From: Candidatus Nomurabacteria bacterium | GTDB taxonomy: Bacteria; Patescibacteriota; Minisyncoccia; Phycocordibacterales; UBA9973 | Direction of reading: 5' to 3' | DNA length: 43,975 nucleotides | Assembly: GCA_943357245.1 (NCBI GenBank) | Contig: CALRGH010000003.1 | Location: 1-43,975, forward strand | Part shown: positions 38,151-43,975 of the stretch, in pieces | How positions within the stretch are numbered: position 1 is the first letter of the stretch | How the letters are laid out: every line of letters starts with the position of its first letter | Made by a program: the position numbers and the translations under genes | Notes under the pieces: generated by a model | What the model was told of the DNA's origin: nothing | Seen by the model: the letters and a program-made list of their open reading frames with translations, nothing else | Database searches by the model: none

Positions 38151-38185
38151 CTACTTACTACTATCTACTAACTACTTACTAATTT
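38151..38185 (+). repeat. Heptamer tandem repeat (CTACTWW)
   Basis: CTACTTA CTACTAT CTACTAA CTACTTA CTAATTT; related arrays at 25672-25699 and, inverted, at 22851 and 25030. Confidence 0.7.
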
Positions 38186-38539
38186 ATGAGACACCACAAC
38201 AACGTCAGAAAATTTGGAAGAACGAAGAACCAGCGCAGCGCTCTTATGAAAGGGTTGGTGATTTCTCTTGTCCGCCATGAACGTATCACAACCACCGAAG
38301 CAAAAGCTCGTGAACTCCGTCCATACATGGAAAAGTTGGTCACTAAGGCAAAAACAAACACCGTCGCATCAAAGCGTATGGTGCTTGCTCGGGTCTACAA
38401 TTCCCCAACTGCAACAAAGAAACTTTTTGATGTCCTTGCGCCAAAATACGCTGACCGAAAGGGTGGCTATACACGCATCTTGAAATTGCCGGTTCGCAAG
38501 AGCGATGCAAGTAAGATGGCTATCATCGAATTTGTATAA
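38186..38539 (+). CDS. rplQ: 50S ribosomal protein L17
   Basis: MRH..KFGR, ITTTEAKA, R.GGYTRI. Confidence 0.97.
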   Translation: MRHHNNVRKFGRTKNQRSALMKGLVISLVRHERITTTEAKARELRPYMEKLVTKAKTNTVASKRMVLARVYNSPTATKKLFDVLAPKYADRKGGYTRILKLPVRKSDASKMAIIEFV

Positions 38540-38572
38540 TTTCTCATTTTAAGCTAGGATACACATACCCAC

Positions 38573-38920
38573 ATGAAAAACCTCACTATAGACGCAACAG
38601 AAAAATCAATCGGACGAGTCGCTGCAGAAGCGGCGCAATTCCTCATGGGTAAGACAGATCCTTCTTATGAACGTAACAAAGTGAGTGCGGTCAAAGTAGT
38701 TATCGACAATGCAGGTAAGACAAAAGTATCTGACAAGAAGGGAATTGAGAAAGAATACGAACGATACTCTGGTTATCCAGGTGGTTTCCGTACCCTTTCT
38801 CTCGCAGAGACAATCGAGAAAAAAGGTTTTACTGAAGTCTACCGTCTCGCAGTGTACGGCATGCTCCCTCGCAACAAACTCCGCCCAATCATGATGAAGA
38901 ATTTAACTATCAACGAATAA
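38573..38920 (+). CDS. rplM: 50S ribosomal protein L13 (short form)
   Basis: IDA..IGRVA..LMGK, YSGYPGG, AVYGMLP.NKL. Confidence 0.93.
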   Translation: MKNLTIDATEKSIGRVAAEAAQFLMGKTDPSYERNKVSAVKVVIDNAGKTKVSDKKGIEKEYERYSGYPGGFRTLSLAETIEKKGFTEVYRLAVYGMLPRNKLRPIMMKNLTINE

Positions 38921-38924
38921 TACA

Positions 38925-39341
38925 ATGGCTACTGCTACAAAATCAGCAAAGAAATATATCGAAACAATCGGACGCCGTAAGACGTCTACTGCTCGCGTGC
39001 GAGTTACTCCAGGCGGCAAAGGCGCATTTTCAATAAATGATAAAGATGTTGCTACTTATTTTCCAACAAAAGAATTAACAAAAGTAGTGCTCGGTGCATT
39101 CGCAGAAGTTGATGCACTAGATAAATTTGATGTTACCGTAGTCGTACAAGGTGGCGGTAGTCACTCACAAGCAGAAGCAGTCCGTCACGGTATTGCTCGT
39201 GCACTCATCATTGATGATGAAGAAAGTAATAAAAAGAAATTAAAACACGCTGGATTTTTGAAACGCGATCCACGTTCAAAAGAACGCCGCAAGTTCGGTT
39301 TGAAGAAAGCTCGAAAATCACCTCAGTGGTCAAAACGTTAG
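38925..39341 (+). CDS. rpsI: 30S ribosomal protein S9
   Basis: GRRKTS.ARV, GGG..SQA.A.RHGIARAL, ERRKFGLKKARKSPQWSKR. Confidence 0.97.
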   Translation: MATATKSAKKYIETIGRRKTSTARVRVTPGGKGAFSINDKDVATYFPTKELTKVVLGAFAEVDALDKFDVTVVVQGGGSHSQAEAVRHGIARALIIDDEESNKKKLKHAGFLKRDPRSKERRKFGLKKARKSPQWSKR

Positions 39342-39513
39342 CGTAATAAAAACATCTCCGATAGGAGATGTTTTTATTTGGATCACTGAGGTGTGAGAAG
39401 GGGGTCGGGGAAACTCCGGTTTCCCCGTGAAGGAAGGCAGCGAGTGATAACGAGTGTTGGAAAACCGTGGGTTTCCAAGGAGCCGGAGGCGACCTCAGTG
39501 GTCAAAACGTTAG
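39342..39513. mobile_element. Small non-coding element duplicating the rpsI 3' end
   Basis: 22 bp direct repeat ACCTCAGTGGTCAAAACGTTAG (39320-39341 and 39492-39513) plus an inverted partial copy at 39377-39392. Confidence 0.6.
39345..39379 (+). terminator. Intrinsic terminator after rpsI
   Basis: AATAAAAACATCTCC-GATA-GGAGATGTTTTTATT. Confidence 0.85.
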
Positions 39514-39550
39514 ACAACAAAAAATCCCCATTTGGGGATTTTTTGTTGTC
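39513..39550 (+). terminator. Second terminator after the duplicated rpsI end
   Basis: GACAACAAAAAATCCCCA-TT-TGGGGATTTTTTGTTGTC. Confidence 0.85.
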
Positions 39551-39590
39551 ATTTTTTACAATAGTGGTACTATTTCTAAAACCCCTCATC

Positions 39591-39788
39591 ATGGCTACAA
39601 AAAACAAAGAAGAGCAAACTATACAAGTTGTGTATGTTTGCACTCAGTGTGACACTGAAAAAATATATTATGAAAAGGCAGAATGCCTTGGTATCGTAGA
39701 ATCCCAAAAATATTGCACCGGTAAATGTGGCGGAAAATTAATCCTCCACAAAAAGAAAAAAGTCCCCGAGCCGTCGCCCTCTCCGTAG
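39591..39788 (+). CDS. Small zinc-ribbon protein, bL33-like
   Basis: VYVCTQC..KYCTGKC..LHKKKK mirrors the CxxC..KYCxxC..H.E.K pattern of L33. Confidence 0.5.
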   Translation: MATKNKEEQTIQVVYVCTQCDTEKIYYEKAECLGIVESQKYCTGKCGGKLILHKKKKVPEPSPSP

Positions 39789-39860
39789 GGCGACTTGGTT
39801 TTTTAGAATAAAGAAAATAAGACTCATCCAAAAGAAAGAGAATCAAGTATATAGTTGCTG

Positions 39861-39900
39861 TTTATAGCATTCTGACGCGGTCGCGTCAGAATGCTATAAA
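39861..39900. promoter_or_regulatory. 19 bp perfect inverted repeat upstream of grpE (CIRCE-like arms, non-canonical spacer)
   Basis: TTTATAGCATTCTGACGCG-GT-CGCGTCAGAATGCTATAAA. Confidence 0.5.
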
Positions 39901-39944
39901 TAAAGATGGTTGTTTTTTTATAGATTGTAGGTATTATGATAATT

Positions 39945-40583
39945 ATGAAAGATGATGAGATGAAAGAAATCAATACAGAAAATGAGCAGACGGATTCACA
40001 GACAGTAAGTGGTATGACAACTGACATGGCAGATATCGCAGATGCAGATGTTGAATTTGTAGAGGAAGATGGCGAAGGGAATACGAAACCGACGGAAAAG
40101 AAGTTGAAGGAAAAACTCGCCAAGGCGATCGAAGAAAAGCAGGAATATTTGAATAACTGGCAGCGAGAGCGAGCGGATTTTCAAAATTACAAAAAAGACG
40201 AGACAACGCGATTGCTTCGCAATCGCGAGATTGCAACAGAACGATTCATCGAAGAGCTCCTTCCAGTGCTTGATGCGTATGACATGGCATTTGCAAACAA
40301 AGACGCATGGGAAAAGGTTGAGAAAAACTGGCGTGTTGGCGTGGAATACATCCACCAACAGCTTTTGAAGGTGCTTGCCGAAAATGGTGTGACGCCGATT
40401 GATGGGAATGTGGGGGATGTTTTTGACCACAATCTTCATGAATCCATCGAGTCTGTTGAGACCGACGATCAGTCAAAAGATCATACTCTTGCCCAAATTA
40501 TTCAATCTGGCTATAAGATCGGTGAGCGGATTTTGCGACCAGTGCGGGTGAAGGTATTTAAATCTAATGAGAGTTCAATTTAA
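39945..40583 (+). CDS. grpE: Nucleotide exchange factor GrpE
   Basis: QRERADFQNYKK, LLPVLD, FDHNLHESI, GYKIGERILRP..V; start uncertain (39936-39959). Confidence 0.95.
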   Translation: MKDDEMKEINTENEQTDSQTVSGMTTDMADIADADVEFVEEDGEGNTKPTEKKLKEKLAKAIEEKQEYLNNWQRERADFQNYKKDETTRLLRNREIATERFIEELLPVLDAYDMAFANKDAWEKVEKNWRVGVEYIHQQLLKVLAENGVTPIDGNVGDVFDHNLHESIESVETDDQSKDHTLAQIIQSGYKIGERILRPVRVKVFKSNESSI

Positions 40584-40989
40584 AAAATATTACTTTCTTG
40601 TTCACTCTCGTACGTGCATGCGATTGATTGGCAAATTTGCTTCTGTTGGAATCAATCCAGTAGCTGCTGCATTTTGGCCTTTCATCTTTATCAACCCTGA
40701 CACACAACAAGAATCACGATATGAAGAAATTATTCGTCAAGAAATTGAATCACTGGTTATATTTGCAGAAATTCTTTATATAGTTGAATATATCTACGCT
40801 CGATACGTTAAAAAATTAGATGCGAAACAAGCATATTATTGGACATCAATGGAACAAGAAGCGCATCGAAATGCAATGAATCCTAATTATTTGAAAGCAC
40901 GAAAACCCTACGCGACATTTAAATATTTTTTTGATAAAAAGTGGTTAGGGCGCATGGAAGATCATCAATTGATTGTAAAGAATTTTTAA
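40567..40989 (+). CDS. Hypothetical protein resembling a zincin-like family but lacking HExxH
   Basis: WPFIFI..EIIRQEIE..LYIVEY..AY...SMEQEA..N...YL..RK.Y pattern. Confidence 0.6.
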   Translation: MRVQFKKYYFLVHSRTCMRLIGKFASVGINPVAAAFWPFIFINPDTQQESRYEEIIRQEIESLVIFAEILYIVEYIYARYVKKLDAKQAYYWTSMEQEAHRNAMNPNYLKARKPYATFKYFFDKKWLGRMEDHQLIVKNF

Positions 40990-41164
40990 AAGTAAAATCT
41001 TGCATATTTTTAGAATACAAGGTATTGTTTTCTAGGCTTTCGGGGCGTAACCCTTCCTTGACCCAAAGAGGATTTCATTTAAAGATGAGATGCGAAGAGG
41101 AAAAAACAATAGTATGACCTTAATGCTCGGGTCTCTTGCGTGGGTAGAGAGAGCACGTAAATAC

Positions 41165-41195
41165 AACAGTCATTCGGCAACGAATGACTGTTATT
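41165..41195. terminator. Intrinsic terminator, probably bidirectional
   Basis: AACAGTCATTCG-GCAA-CGAATGACTGTT. Confidence 0.8.
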
Positions 41196-41720
41196 TTATT
41201 TCCCAAAAAGTTCAAACAAAACCTTTTTTGTTTCTTCGTCGAGAGTATCCGTCACAATGATCATCAATTCTGTTGAAAGATTGAGATCTTTTTTAATATT
41301 TATGAAGAGGTGTTCGAAAGGGTAAGGAGAAATCCAGGCGGAATTCTTAAGACAGACAAATCCAGCTTTTTTGAGGAGGTAGCGGAGGGATTCGCGTTCG
41401 TTTTTGCGAGACTCGGGAAGATCAAGGAGAATGATGCGCCATTTGCCGTCCCAGTTTGGGGAAACCAAAGAGCTTCTAGCTTCTAGCTTATAGCTGGTAG
41501 CTTTAGCCCGACCTGACTTAGTAAGGCGAGCGTAGTCGTTCTGGCCCGAATGGACATGTTCTACCAATCCAGCCTCGCGGAGGCCTTTTAATGAGCGGGT
41601 GAGGGCATAATTTGCCTTCTGTGAGCCTTTTTCACCCACTTTGCCTGTAAGTTCGGGCAAAGAAACAGCCGGCTTTTCGGCTAGTATTTTAAGGATTTTT
41701 TTGGAGTAGTCGGACTTCAT
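41196..41720 (-). CDS. PaaX-like transcriptional regulator (wHTH plus Cas2-like domain)
   Basis: wHTH ending ARLTKSG, then WDGKWRIILLDLPE..R..LR..L...GF..L.NSAWISP. Confidence 0.8.
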   Translation of the reverse strand: MKSDYSKKILKILAEKPAVSLPELTGKVGEKGSQKANYALTRSLKGLREAGLVEHVHSGQNDYARLTKSGRAKATSYKLEARSSLVSPNWDGKWRIILLDLPESRKNERESLRYLLKKAGFVCLKNSAWISPYPFEHLFINIKKDLNLSTELMIIVTDTLDEETKKVLFELFGK

Positions 41721-41785
41721 TACTTGCTCACTTTACAACAAATCTGATTTTATGCAATATTTTTATTTCGTGTTAAAATGTAAGA

Positions 41786-42352
41786 GTGAAAAATAATGTT
41801 GTATATGTTTTTATTGATGCTTCAAATCTTTGGCAAGCACAGAAAGTCAAAGGGAAGCTTTTTGACTTTGAAAAGCTTAAATCATATTTAAAACAAAAAT
41901 TTAATGCTTTAGAATTAGAAGTTTTCTATTACACAGCATACCCTGCCGAAGGCACTCGGGATTATAGTCAAGACGGGAAACATAAATTTTTTACGTACTT
42001 AAACAAAGGACTTGGTTTTACTGTTCGTAAAAAAGAATTAAAAAGGATTGTAATACATCATAATGATATAGGGGACTCTATTCAAGAAAAGGGAAATATG
42101 GACGTGGAAATGACAATTGACGCTATCCACTATTCTGAAAAATATGCCACAGCCGTCTTCTTTACCGGAGATTCAGATTTTTTATCTTTAATTAGTTATT
42201 TACGCAATAAAAGTAAAAAAGTGTATGTTTTTTCATCGAAAAACAATATTTCACAAGAACTAAAAACTGGGTCTGATGGATATTGCGATGTTCTTCATAT
42301 TACAGAAGATATTTGGGGAAGAGACCTCAAACACAGAGAAGAAAAAGACTAA
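41786..42352 (+). CDS. NYN/LabA-family PIN-fold nuclease
   Basis: VFIDASN, KGNMDVEMTID, TGDSDF, S.EL...D. Confidence 0.88.
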   Translation: MKNNVVYVFIDASNLWQAQKVKGKLFDFEKLKSYLKQKFNALELEVFYYTAYPAEGTRDYSQDGKHKFFTYLNKGLGFTVRKKELKRIVIHHNDIGDSIQEKGNMDVEMTIDAIHYSEKYATAVFFTGDSDFLSLISYLRNKSKKVYVFSSKNNISQELKTGSDGYCDVLHITEDIWGRDLKHREEKD

Positions 42353-42430
42353 GAACGAAAGCAGCCCTCCTTGCGGAGGGCTGCCCTTGGATGTAATACC
42401 CCTAAGGTCTAATTTAAAACCTTAAGACCT
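42352..42430 (-). ncRNA. Candidate small RNA convergent with the NYN gene
   Basis: Minus-strand TTGACT-N16-TATACT (42462-42435), 5' hairpin AAGGTCT/AGACCTT, terminator GCAGCCCTCC/GGAGGGCTGC plus T-tract on the minus strand. Confidence 0.55.
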
Positions 42431-42483
42431 TTAGAGTATATCAAAAATAAATTAAAAGTCAAAGTTATCCCCATGCTTTCCAC

Positions 42484-42771
42484 TTAGCCTTTATTATATA
42501 CAAGTAACCCTAATTCTTTTCTGAGTGAATGACTACTAAAAATGAATTTTGGATCAAACATACATGCTTTAAGATAATGGTTGAGAGCCGAAATTTTGTC
42601 TTTCCTAAGACCATTTAATCCGAGTAGTTTATTAATAGAGAGATCAATCAGACCACTTGCAATTTTACTGTAAAGAGGTGTTTTATTTAAATTATAAAAG
42701 TCAAAGAATTCTCTCTTTTTCTTTAAAAAAGCAGAAAGTTCTTCATCTGTTAATTTTGGAAACTTATACAT
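42484..42771 (-). CDS. Hypothetical protein (about 95 aa)
   Basis: AT-rich ORF starting MYKFPKL; no recognised motif. Confidence 0.4.
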   Translation of the reverse strand: MYKFPKLTDEELSAFLKKKREFFDFYNLNKTPLYSKIASGLIDLSINKLLGLNGLRKDKISALNHYLKACMFDPKFIFSSHSLRKELGLLVYNKG

Positions 42772-42828
42772 AGTATTAATAATAACACGATACTGTTGAT
42801 GCTTCTTGAATAATTCACAGAATATAAC

Positions 42829-42889
42829 TTGACAAAGAGATTCCTGCCTAGTTATACTTACTTTATACAAGTATTTAGCGGTCGCTAAA
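42829..42889 (+). promoter_or_regulatory. Promoter and downstream palindrome for the dnaK transcription unit
   Basis: TTGACA-N18-TATACT followed by TTTAGCG-GT-CGCTAAA. Confidence 0.6.
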
Positions 42890-42909
42890 AGTATGTTAAT
42901 ATATAAAAT

Positions 42910-43056
42910 ATGAAAGAAAAAGAAACCACAAAGTGTTTATGCGAAGATTCTCAATGTGCCAAATGTCTTTTAATAAATTGCAAAGACGAGAATTGTAAGG
43001 TTCACACAAAAGAAAGGAAAGAGAAATTTAGAGAGAGTTATGCAAATAGAAAATAA
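42910..43056 (+). CDS. Cys-rich microprotein (48 aa), not in the ORF track
   Basis: MKEKETTKCLCEDSQCAKCLLINCKDENCKVHTKERKEKFRESYANRK*. Confidence 0.6.
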   Translation: MKEKETTKCLCEDSQCAKCLLINCKDENCKVHTKERKEKFRESYANRK

Positions 43057-43066
43057 TTATATAAAT

Positions 43067-43291
43067 ATGAATAATGAAAAAATACTAGATGAGATTAAAG
43101 AGAGTACATCATCAATAATGCACTTATTGATTGAAAAGACTAATGTTGAGGAAAACGAGATTGGTTATAACAGAATTAAAAAGATTGACGTGAACTCGGA
43201 CAAGATTGTTGAAATATTATTTTTTATTAAAAAATCAATTATCGTTTTAATCTGTGTTTCCTTTGGAATATTGGTCGCACTTATTTTTTAA
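43067..43291 (+). CDS. Small protein with C-terminal TM helix
   Basis: 74 aa ORF from MNNEKIL with a hydrophobic C-terminus. Confidence 0.5.
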   Translation: MNNEKILDEIKESTSSIMHLLIEKTNVEENEIGYNRIKKIDVNSDKIVEILFFIKKSIIVLICVSFGILVALIF

Positions 43292-43313
43292 ATAAACAAT
43301 TTATAATTAATAA

Positions 43314-43975
<662 letters not shown>

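Noticed and set aside
39393-39590. N-terminal extension of the zinc-ribbon ORF
   Set aside because: It runs through the repeat element and a terminator; the ATG at 39591 is the more plausible start
39861-39900. Canonical CIRCE element
   Set aside because: The spacer is 16 nt rather than 9 and the arms deviate; kept only as CIRCE-like
41196-41720. Cas2-like domain suggesting a CRISPR-Cas locus
   Set aside because: It is fused to a wHTH as in PaaX-like regulators; no cas genes or repeat-spacer array are present in the window

Overview
A roughly 44 kb bacterial chromosomal segment using the standard genetic code (TGA is a stop). Gene content and style point to Patescibacteria (CPR; probably Parcubacteria), which is an inference: short uL13, DnaX without its zinc module, a PaaX-like regulator, an FtsA-like/baseplate-J-like gene pair, and many genes with no leader. 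Housekeeping genes are ftsQ-like, dus, dnaX, tRNA-Gln(TTG), mrdA, greA, lysS, infA-rpmJ-rpsM-rpsK-rpsD-rpoA-rplQ-rplM-rpsI, grpE and partial dnaK. An 11 kb surface-protein operon encodes a giant adhesin and a smaller protein with a shared WxL/pilin-like C-terminal domain, a DUF916-like protein, a dockerin protein and two membrane-anchored cohesin proteins. The strongest unexplained signals are: (1) a 304 bp element holding only a small GIY-YIG nuclease gene between terminal inverted repeats and a TAAA duplication, with a matching 37 bp empty copy 12 kb away; (2) a UvrD-like helicase-nuclease split into two apparently expressed halves by an inserted gene and carrying in-frame palindromes; (3) a roughly 170 bp non-coding element duplicating the 3' end of rpsI in both orientations; (4) a NYN nuclease gene facing a small structured RNA with its own promoter. 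No CRISPR array, rRNA, integrase or classical transposase was seen. All calls were made by eye, with no database searches or folding runs.
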